Assembly (NCBI RefSeq): GCF_022985615.1
Contig: NZ_CP094965.1
Coordinates: 120,001 to 152,000, forward strand
Length of the DNA: 32,000 nt
Origin: Candidatus Karelsulcia muelleri
GTDB taxonomy: Bacteria; Bacteroidota; Bacteroidia; Flavobacteriales; Blattabacteriaceae
Reading direction: 5' to 3'
The first letter of the stretch is position 1. Every line of letters starts with the position of its first letter. Both the position numbers and the translations under genes were made by a program. The notes under the pieces were generated by a model that saw only the letters and a program-made list of their open reading frames with translations, was not told the DNA's origin and searched no databases. This document shows, piece by piece, positions 17,315 through 23,932 of the stretch.

Positions 17315-17767
17315 ATGATTCTGAATCATTTAACTCCTCTTCAAGGCTCAAATAAGAAAGGCAAACGATTAGGAAGAGGAAAAGGTTCTGGAAAAGGAAA
17401 AACGGCTACTAGAGGTAATAAAGGGGCTAAATCTCGTTCTGGGAATTCTGTGAAATTAGGATTTGAAGGTGGACAAATGCCTTTCCATAAACGGATTCCC
17501 AAATTTGGATTTAAAAATAGAAATAAAAAAAAATATAAAATATTTAATTTAGAAACGCTAGAAGATCTAATAAATATTGGAAAAGTAAAAAGAAATTTAA
17601 TAAATAATAATGTATTGATAAAAATTGGTTTATTAAAAAAAAAAGAGGTTTTTAAAATCTTAGGAAAAGGGGAATTAACTCATAAAATAAAACTTTTTGC
17701 TCATAAGTTTAGTAAAAAAGCCTCTCTAAAGATTAAAAAGCTTGGAGGAAAGCCTATAATTAAATAA
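17315..17767 (+). CDS. rplO: 50S ribosomal protein L15
   Basis: L.PLQGSNKKGKRLGRGKGSGKGKTATRGNKGAKSRSG...GFEGGQMPFHKRIPKFGF matches L15. It follows rpsE directly, with no rpmD between them. Confidence 0.95.
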   Translation: MILNHLTPLQGSNKKGKRLGRGKGSGKGKTATRGNKGAKSRSGNSVKLGFEGGQMPFHKRIPKFGFKNRNKKKYKIFNLETLEDLINIGKVKRNLINNNVLIKIGLLKKKEVFKILGKGELTHKIKLFAHKFSKKASLKIKKLGGKPIIK

Positions 17768-17771
17768 ATAA

Positions 17772-17988
17772 ATGACGAAAGCAAAATATATTAAATCCAA
17801 GGTATGGATAGTCAAACAGGCTTTACCAAATGTTACCAAGTACAAAAGGATAGTAACTGGATAAAGGTAAAAATGTAAAAAAAGGGAAAATGAGAAGGAA
17901 TTATATTAAAATTTTACCAGGCGATAAAGTTAAATTGCAGATTTACTATTATGATTTAACTAAAGCAAGAATAATATATAGATACTAA
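17772..17988 (+). pseudogene. infA: translation initiation factor IF-1 gene interrupted by a 1-nt frame disruption and an in-frame TAA
   Basis: ATG 17772 opens [30 protein letters not shown], which stops at TAA 17862-17864. Skipping T17862 continues as [41 protein letters not shown] (stop 17986-17988). The joined product is 71 aa, the normal IF-1 size, and its C-terminal half fits the IF-1 pattern GKMR.n.I.ilpGDkV.ve.spYDl.kgRI.yR. Confidence 0.8.
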
Positions 17989-18014
17989 AAGTTATAAAGT
18001 TATAATCTAAAGTT

Positions 18015-18131
18015 ATGAAAAAAGTTACCTCTTTAAAAAGAAGAAGTCAAAATTGCAAAATTGTTAAAAGAAAAGGAAAATTAATAATTATAAATAAAGT
18101 TAAACCGAAATATAAACAAAAACAAAGATAA
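18015..18131 (+). CDS. rpmJ: 50S ribosomal protein L36
   Basis: Below the ORF-track size cut-off. My hand translation is MKKVTSLKRRSQNCKIVKRKGKLIIINKVKPKYKQKQR* (38 aa), which matches L36 (MKVr.SvKk.C..CkivkRkG.v.vIc..pkhKQrQg). Confidence 0.88.
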   Translation: MKKVTSLKRRSQNCKIVKRKGKLIIINKVKPKYKQKQR

Positions 18132-18134
18132 TAT

Positions 18135-18518
18135 ATGGCTCTGATATCTGGAATAAATATACCAGAAAATAAAAGAGGAATTATAGCTCTAACTTATATT
18201 TTTGGGATTGGAAAAAATATTTCTAAAACAATATTTGAAATTCTAAAAATGAATCCAAATACAAAAGTAAAGAATTGGTCAGATTTAGAATTAAATAATA
18301 TTAGAAAATTTATAAATAAGAATATAAAAATTGAAGGGGAGTTGAAAACTGAGATTAAATTAGATATTAAGAGATTACTTGATATAAAATGTTATAGAGG
18401 AATCAGACATAAAATTGGTCTTCCAGTTAGAGGTCAGAAGACTAAAAATAATTGTAGGACCAGAAAAGGGAAAAGAAAAACAATAGCTAATAAAAAAAAA
18501 ATTATTAAAAAGTCATAA
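18135..18518 (+). CDS. rpsM: 30S ribosomal protein S13
   Basis: MALISGINIPENKRGIIALTYIFGIGKN...IKCYRGIRHKIGLPVRGQKTKNNCRTRKG matches S13. Confidence 0.96.
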   Translation: MALISGINIPENKRGIIALTYIFGIGKNISKTIFEILKMNPNTKVKNWSDLELNNIRKFINKNIKIEGELKTEIKLDIKRLLDIKCYRGIRHKIGLPVRGQKTKNNCRTRKGKRKTIANKKKIIKKS

Positions 18519-18521
18519 TAA

Positions 18522-18875
18522 ATGAAAAATCAAGATATATCTTGTTGCAATGTTCACATAAAGTCTACATTTAACAATATTATTATAACTTTGTCTAATT
18601 TTAAAGGTGATGTGCTGGCCTGGGCTTCAGCTGGACAAAAAGGTTTTAAAGGTGCAAAAAAAAATACCCCTTATGCTGCTTGTAAAACAGCTCAAGATAT
18701 AGTAGAAAAAGGGAAAAAAATGGGTATTAAAAAAATTAATATTATTGTTAAAGGTCCAGGAGGTGGACGAGAAGCAGCAATTAGAACTTTAAGTAATCTA
18801 AATGTTATGAAAATAAAAGATATTACTCCTATTCCCCATAATGGTTGTAGACCCCCAAAAAAAAGAAGAATATAG
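18522..18875 (+). CDS. rpsK: 30S ribosomal protein S11 (short N-terminus)
   Basis: [43 protein letters not shown]...[15 protein letters not shown]...[19 protein letters not shown] matches S11. Confidence 0.95.
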   Translation: MKNQDISCCNVHIKSTFNNIIITLSNFKGDVLAWASAGQKGFKGAKKNTPYAACKTAQDIVEKGKKMGIKKINIIVKGPGGGREAAIRTLSNLNVMKIKDITPIPHNGCRPPKKRRI

Positions 18876-18902
18876 TATATTATATATAAAATATATAAAA
18901 AA

Positions 18903-19499
18903 ATGGCTAAATATATTGGTCCTAAAAATAAAATCTCTAGAAAATTTGGTTGTCTTATTTATGGAATTAAAAAAAAAAGTTTTGAAAAAAAAAACTATCC
19001 ACCTGGTCAACATGGACCAAAAAAAAAAACAATAAATTTTAATAAATCAAATTATTATATTCAATTATTAGAAAAACAAAAGATAAAATATCTTTATGGA
19101 ATTCTAGAAAAACAATTTAGAAAAATCTTTGAAAAAGCTTCAAAAAAAAAGGGGATCACTGGAGAAATACTTTTACAACTTTGTGAATCCAGGTTAGATA
19201 ATGTCGTCTATAGATTAAATTTTGCTCCTACTAGACCAAGTGCCAGACAGTTAGTTACTCATCGACATATATTAGTAAATGGAAAAATTGTTAATATTCC
19301 ATCTTTTACATTAAAACCTGGGGATATAATTTCGGTTAAAGAAAATTTAAAAATCTCTGCAAATTATAAATTACTAAAAAAAATTTCCAATTGGTTGATG
19401 TTAAAAAAAAGGAAAGGAATTTTTAAATATATTCCTAGGAGAGAACAAATTCCCGAAAATATTAATGAACGTTTACTAGTAGAATTGTATTCTAAATAA
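18903..19499 (+). CDS. rpsD: 30S ribosomal protein S4
   Basis: [16 protein letters not shown]..., [12 protein letters not shown] and the S4 domain [51 protein letters not shown] match S4. Confidence 0.96.
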   Translation: MAKYIGPKNKISRKFGCLIYGIKKKSFEKKNYPPGQHGPKKKTINFNKSNYYIQLLEKQKIKYLYGILEKQFRKIFEKASKKKGITGEILLQLCESRLDNVVYRLNFAPTRPSARQLVTHRHILVNGKIVNIPSFTLKPGDIISVKENLKISANYKLLKKISNWLMLKKRKGIFKYIPRREQIPENINERLLVELYSK

Positions 19500-19519
19500 T
19501 TTAATTTAATAATAGTATT

Positions 19520-20560
19520 ATGATTTCACCAGCCCAGATAAAAATCTTAACAAATTCTAAAAATAGAGGGAAATTTTTAATAAAACCTTTAAGTACTGGA
19601 TTTGGAATTACTCTAGGAAATTCATTAAGGAGAGTTTTAATATCATATTTAGAAGGATATGCCATATATTATATAATGATTAATGGTGTCAAACATGAAT
19701 TCTCTTATATAGATGGAGTAATAGAAAATCTAACTGAAATAATTTTAAATTTAAAACAAATACGTTTTAAATTAAAAAGTAAAATTTATAAAAAAATCCC
19801 AGAACAGTTTACAATATTTTTAACAAAAAAAAAGTCTAAAATTACTGCTGGAGATTTATGTGGATCTATTACTTGTTTTGAAGTATTGAATCCAAATTTA
19901 TTAATTTTGAATAAAGAGTTAGATACTAATTTAAAAATTACTCTCGGTATAAAAAAAGGAGTTGGATATATTCCAGTAGAAAAAAAAAAGAATAAAATAG
20001 GAAAAATACCAATTGATACTATTTTTAGTCCCATAATAAACGTAAGCTTAAAAGTAGAAACTTGTGAAGTGAATAATTGCTATGAATACGATAGTTTGAT
20101 TATAGATATTCGTACTGATGGTTCAATTACTCCAAAAAAGGCTTTAAAAAAAGCTTCTAGTATCCTAATACAACATTTTACTTTATTTTTTAATGGTAAA
20201 AAAACAGAATTAAAGCTCCCAATAAAATATACTGATTATAAAGAAAGAATAAAATATTTATATATGCAAAAACTTTTAAATTGTTTAAAATTTGCTAAAA
20301 TTAAAACTTGGGCTGACTTAGTAAAAGTTAAAAACTTAGGATTAGCTTATGATTCTGAGTCTGAGTATAATTTTGGAAATTTTGGAGGAGGAGATTATGG
20401 TCTTGATTTATCAAAATATCAAATATCAAAATATCAAATTAAAATTTCTAATAAAAAAAAAAGAATAAAAAATTTTCGTGAAAAAATGAGAAAAATAGTA
20501 AAGCTAAGAAATGTTATTAAAAGAAGAAAAATGACCAAAAAAAATGAGACACCAAAATAA
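19520..20560 (+). CDS. rpoA: DNA-directed RNA polymerase alpha subunit (C-terminal domain eroded)
   Basis: The N-terminal domain is clear (GKFLIKPLSTGFGITLGNSLRRVLISYLEGYAI...IDTIFSPIINV...LIIDIRTDGSI). The C-terminal domain keeps only LLNCLKFAKIKTWADLV and then becomes repeat-rich and Lys-rich. It overlaps rplQ by 17 nt. Confidence 0.9.
   Translation: MISPAQIKILTNSKNRGKFLIKPLSTGFGITLGNSLRRVLISYLEGYAIYYIMINGVKHEFSYIDGVIENLTEIILNLKQIRFKLKSKIYKKIPEQFTIFLTKKKSKITAGDLCGSITCFEVLNPNLLILNKELDTNLKITLGIKKGVGYIPVEKKKNKIGKIPIDTIFSPIINVSLKVETCEVNNCYEYDSLIIDIRTDGSITPKKALKKASSILIQHFTLFFNGKKTELKLPIKYTDYKERIKYLYMQKLLNCLKFAKIKTWADLVKVKNLGLAYDSESEYNFGNFGGGDYGLDLSKYQISKYQIKISNKKKRIKNFREKMRKIVKLRNVIKRRKMTKKNETPK
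20411..20440. repeat. 15-bp tandem duplication inside the rpoA C-terminal region (SKYQI x2)
   Basis: TCAAAATATCAAATA / TCAAAATATCAAATT are adjacent. The TCTGAG x2 (20354-20365) and AATTTTGGA x2 (20369-20386) duplications lie just upstream. All three are in-frame. Confidence 0.85.
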
Positions 20561-20894
20561 AAATAATAATTTAGGACGAAATAAGTCTCATAGAAAATCC
20601 CTATTAACTAATCTGGCTATTTCCCTAATAAAACATAAAAGAATTAAAACAACTTTAGCTAAAGCAAAATCTTTAAAAAAATTCATTGAACCAATAATAA
20701 CTAGAGGTAAAAAAAAAGATACTCATTCTATGCGAATAGTATTTAAAAAATTAAATGATAAAACTGCTGTTTTGGAACTTTTAAAAAATATATCAAAAAA
20801 TAATTTAAAACGTAATGGAGGATATACAAGAATTATTAAACTTGGCAAGAGGTTAGGAGATTTTTCAGAAATGGCAATAATGGAGCTAGTTTAA
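20544..20894 (+). CDS. rplQ: 50S ribosomal protein L17
   Basis: MRHQNKNNNLGRNKSHRKSLLTNLAISLIKHKRIKTTLAKAKSLKKFIEPIIT and ...RNGGYTRIIKLGKRLGD match L17. Confidence 0.95.
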   Translation: MRHQNKNNNLGRNKSHRKSLLTNLAISLIKHKRIKTTLAKAKSLKKFIEPIITRGKKKDTHSMRIVFKKLNDKTAVLELLKNISKNNLKRNGGYTRIIKLGKRLGDFSEMAIMELV

Positions 20895-21796
20895 TGAAAT
20901 ATTTTCATATACCAGTTTTATTATCGGAAGTTCTAGAAAACCTTATTAAGGATATTAATGGTATCTATATAGATACTACTTTTGGTAGTGGTGGACATTC
21001 TTTTGGGATATTAAAGAAAATAAGTAATCAAGGTAAATTATTTGCTTTTGATCAAGATCAATTTGCAATTATTAAAAATAAAATTTGTGATAAAAGAATA
21101 AGATTTTTTAACGAGAACTTTCGAAATATACAAAAAATATTAAAAGCTTATAAAAACAACATTCTAAAGAATGTATCAGGAATAATAGCCGATTTAGGAG
21201 TTTCCTCGTATCAAATAGATACACCACAACGAGGGTTTTCAATAAGATTTAATAAAATTTTGGATATGAGAATGGATTTATCAAAACAAAAGTCGGCTTT
21301 AAATATAATAAAAAATTATTCTTTTGAAAAATTAAATAAGATTTTTAATAAATATGGGGAGTTTAAAAATCCGCAAAGAATATCTAGAAAAATTGTTTTA
21401 AACAGTAAATTTATTAACACTACTTTGGATTTAGTAAATCTATTCAAAAGAAATAATAACAGGAAATTTTTATCTAGATTATTCCAAGCTTTAAGAATAG
21501 AGGTAAATGATGAAATAAATGCGTTAAAGAAATTACTTAAACAATCAATAAATATTTTAAAACCGGGAGGTAGATTAGCTATTATTTCCTATCATTCATT
21601 AGAAGATAGGTTAGTTAAAAACTTCTTTAAAAGTGGAAATATACAGGGGATTATTAAATATGATAAGAAAGGTAAGAATTTATCTCCATTTAATAAAAAA
21701 TATACTAAAAGAATTTTTCCAACAAAAGAAGAAATCACTAAAAATAATAGAGCTAGAAGTGCTATATTAAGAATTACACAAAAAAAAGTATGTTGA
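20894..21796 (+). CDS. rsmH: 16S rRNA (cytosine1402-N4)-methyltransferase (MraW/RsmH)
   Basis: HIPVLLSEVLENL...YIDTTFGSGGHS...DQD..A...ADLGVSSYQID...RGFS...LDMRMD...ISYHSLEDRLVK are the RsmH blocks. The TGA stop (21794-21796) lies inside a duplicated copy of the rnpB 5' end. Confidence 0.92.
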   Translation: MKYFHIPVLLSEVLENLIKDINGIYIDTTFGSGGHSFGILKKISNQGKLFAFDQDQFAIIKNKICDKRIRFFNENFRNIQKILKAYKNNILKNVSGIIADLGVSSYQIDTPQRGFSIRFNKILDMRMDLSKQKSALNIIKNYSFEKLNKIFNKYGEFKNPQRISRKIVLNSKFINTTLDLVNLFKRNNNRKFLSRLFQALRIEVNDEINALKKLLKQSINILKPGGRLAIISYHSLEDRLVKNFFKSGNIQGIIKYDKKGKNLSPFNKKYTKRIFPTKEEITKNNRARSAILRITQKKVC

Positions 21797-21903
21797 TTTA
21801 TCGCATTGTTTGTTTTTAAACAAACAATGAGGAAAGTAAAGTATGTTAAGTATAAGTATAAGTATAAGTATAAGTATAAGTATGTTGATTTATCGCATTG
21901 TTT
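21788..21903. repeat. duplicated copies of the rnpB 5' segment separated by a (GTATAA)5 microsatellite
   Basis: A 50-nt block GTATGTTGATTTATCGCATTGTTTGTTTTTAAACAAACAATGAGGAAAGT at 21788-21837 is identical to 21906-21955, the true rnpB 5' end. A 24-nt partial copy lies at 21880-21903, and an 8-nt start (GTATGTTA) lies at 21841-21848. GTATAA x5 occupies 21850-21879. Confidence 0.92.
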
Positions 21904-22225
21904 AAGTATGTTGATTTATCGCATTGTTTGTTTTTAAACAAACAATGAGGAAAGTCTGGAATCACTAGGGATAACGCAACGGGTAACTCCCGTACATCGT
22001 GAGATGAGGAATAGTGCAACAGAAAGTATGTACAGTTGAGCTGTAGTGAAATCATGTAAACTCTGTGTTGTGAAATGCCAAATATACCAGAAGTATAGTA
22101 GTATAGTTCATCCCTAACTAAATATCTGCTAACTAAATATCTGGGGGGTAGGCAGATCGAGATAAAGGGTAACTTTTATCCTAGATAAATGATAAATTAA
22201 ACTGAATCCGGCTTATAACATACTT
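21904..22225 (+). ncRNA. rnpB: RNase P RNA (bacterial type A-like, reduced)
   Basis: The conserved blocks are present: GAGGAAAGTCTGG (CR-I/P4 5' strand), ACAGAAAGTATG, and AAACTGAATCCGGCTTATAACATACTT (CR-V/P4 3' strand plus P1 3' strand). The 5' AAGTATGTT and 3' AACATACTT pair as P1. Confidence 0.85.
22114..22143. repeat. perfect 15-bp tandem duplication inside the RNase P RNA gene
   Basis: CTAACTAAATATCTG occurs twice back to back, between the conserved core blocks of rnpB. Confidence 0.9.
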
Positions 22226-22229
22226 TTTT

Positions 22230-23906
22230 TTAAAAATATTTCTCTATATTATTTATATCTAATAAGAATAAGATTTTTTGTTTGAATTTTAATAAATTAT
22301 CAATTTTTAATATTTGTTTTATTAGCTTCCTTATTGTTAAGGAAGCAATCTTTTGTTTTGTTTCTAATTTATAAAAATTATATATATTTTTATATATTAA
22401 TTTTTCAATGATTTTATCATCTTGGTAAATATAAAGATCATATAATAACCTATATACATATATTTTTTTTAAAAACTTAGGAGAATAAGTAATTGAAATA
22501 GAATTTTCAAAACATTTTATTTTAAAACCAAAATTAATTAAAATTTCTATAATTTTGGTTTTAGTTTTTTTAGTAAAAAATTTATTCAATTTAATATTTA
22601 TCGGTGGGTATAATTTATAGATTTTGTGTTTTTTTATTTCTTTTTTAAACTTATCCTCTAAAATTATTTTATAGACTCTATCTTTATGAATAATTAAAAC
22701 ACCAAAATCTAAAAGACATAATATATATTTTTTATAGATCTTAAATTGGGTAAAATCCAGATCTATTTTCTTAAGATCTATTTTCTTAAGAAATATTTTA
22801 TTAAGAAATATTTTCTTAAGAAATATTTTATTAAGAAATTCTTGACAATTATTATTTAGGTTGCGGTTTTTTTCTTCTTTATCTTTTTTTTTAGAGTAAA
22901 ACTTAAAAATATTCTGTAGGCCTAAATATTCTTTAATTATTATATTTATATTTTTACAAATTTCTGACTCTGATTTAATGAGTATTTTGTTTTTGGATTG
23001 ACAAATATTAATTTCAATTTGTTTGGTTGGAATAGTAAGAAATAAAAAATAATTTGGTTTATTAGTTTTGTTTATTAGACCGTTATAGGCTTTAATAATA
23101 GACTTGTGAATTCTTTTGTTTACTACGTATCTATTATTAACAAACAAATAATAATTCTTAAATTGAGTATTAAAAAAACTTGTAGAAGTGATATATCCTT
23201 TTATAAGAAATAATTTATCTTTTTTAAAAACTTTGATTAAGACATTTTTATAATATTCGCCAAAAATTTTAATTATTCTATATTTTAGATTTGATTTTTT
23301 TAAACTGGTAATTATCTTATTATTATGCATCATAACAAAATTAATATCAGGGTGTGAAAGAACTATCTTATTAAATTCTGATATGATATATCTTAATTCA
23401 ATATGGGCAGATTTTAAAAAGTTTTTTCTATTGGGGAAATTGTAAAATAAGTTTTTCACATATATACTAGTACCATTTAATAAATTATTTAATAATACAG
23501 GGGGATATTTAAGCTTTTGATTTTCTAATGTTAAGAAGACTCCAAATTCTGATTTGGTTTTTTTAGTGTATATTTCTACCTGGCTAACTAAAGAAATATA
23601 GTATAAAGCTTCACCTCGAAAGCCTTTAGTATTTAGTGATTTGATATCTTTAAGAGAATATAATTTGGAAGTATAAAATCTCCTAATACTATTTTTCGCT
23701 TCTAAATGATTCATTCCATCACCATCATCTATAACATTAATTAAATCTTTCCCACCATTCAATAATATCAATTTAATATTTTTTGAATGTGCATCAATTG
23801 AGTTTTCTAATAATTCTTTTACTACAGAAGCTGGTCTTTTAATTACATATCCTGCTGAAATTTTATTTGAATCTTGTGTGGGTAGAATTTTTATGGTATT
23901 TTTCAT
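22230..23906 (-). CDS. mutL: DNA mismatch repair protein MutL homologue (N-terminal GHKL ATPase recognisable, C-terminal domain degenerate)
   Basis: The N-terminus reads IKILPTQDSNKISAGYVIKRPASVVKELLENSIDAHSKNIKLILLNGGKDLINVIDDGDGM...KGFRGEAL. In the C-terminal part I cannot find DQHA(x)2E(x)4E: the aligned position reads LIIHKDRVYKIILED. I also cannot find a CPHGRP-like motif. Confidence 0.8.
   Translation of the reverse strand: MKNTIKILPTQDSNKISAGYVIKRPASVVKELLENSIDAHSKNIKLILLNGGKDLINVIDDGDGMNHLEAKNSIRRFYTSKLYSLKDIKSLNTKGFRGEALYYISLVSQVEIYTKKTKSEFGVFLTLENQKLKYPPVLLNNLLNGTSIYVKNLFYNFPNRKNFLKSAHIELRYIISEFNKIVLSHPDINFVMMHNNKIITSLKKSNLKYRIIKIFGEYYKNVLIKVFKKDKLFLIKGYITSTSFFNTQFKNYYLFVNNRYVVNKRIHKSIIKAYNGLINKTNKPNYFLFLTIPTKQIEINICQSKNKILIKSESEICKNINIIIKEYLGLQNIFKFYSKKKDKEEKNRNLNNNCQEFLNKIFLKKIFLNKIFLKKIDLKKIDLDFTQFKIYKKYILCLLDFGVLIIHKDRVYKIILEDKFKKEIKKHKIYKLYPPINIKLNKFFTKKTKTKIIEILINFGFKIKCFENSISITYSPKFLKKIYVYRLLYDLYIYQDDKIIEKLIYKNIYNFYKLETKQKIASLTIRKLIKQILKIDNLLKFKQKILFLLDINNIEKYF
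22759..22839. repeat. 15-bp tandem array (about 5.4 units) inside mutL
   Basis: The units are AGATCTATTTTCTTA x2 followed by AGAAATATTTT(A/C)TTA x3, plus a partial unit. They encode FLNKIFLKKIFLNKIFLKKIDLKKIDL in the linker between the N- and C-terminal domains, in-frame. Confidence 0.9.
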
Positions 23907-23932
23907 AAGAACTCTATAAAAACAAAACCAAA

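Noticed and set aside
17862-17884. Rescue of infA by transcriptional slippage in the A7 tract
   Set aside because: The premature TAA (17862-17864) lies upstream of the A7 run (17878-17884), so slippage there cannot bypass it. Any rescue would have to occur at or before GGA-TAA.
21846-22055. 69-aa minus-strand ORF ending in ...YTYTYTYTYT
   Set aside because: It lies antisense over the rnpB 5' region. Its tail is simply the GTATAA microsatellite translated, it has no protein-like features, and the locus is explained by the RNase P RNA.
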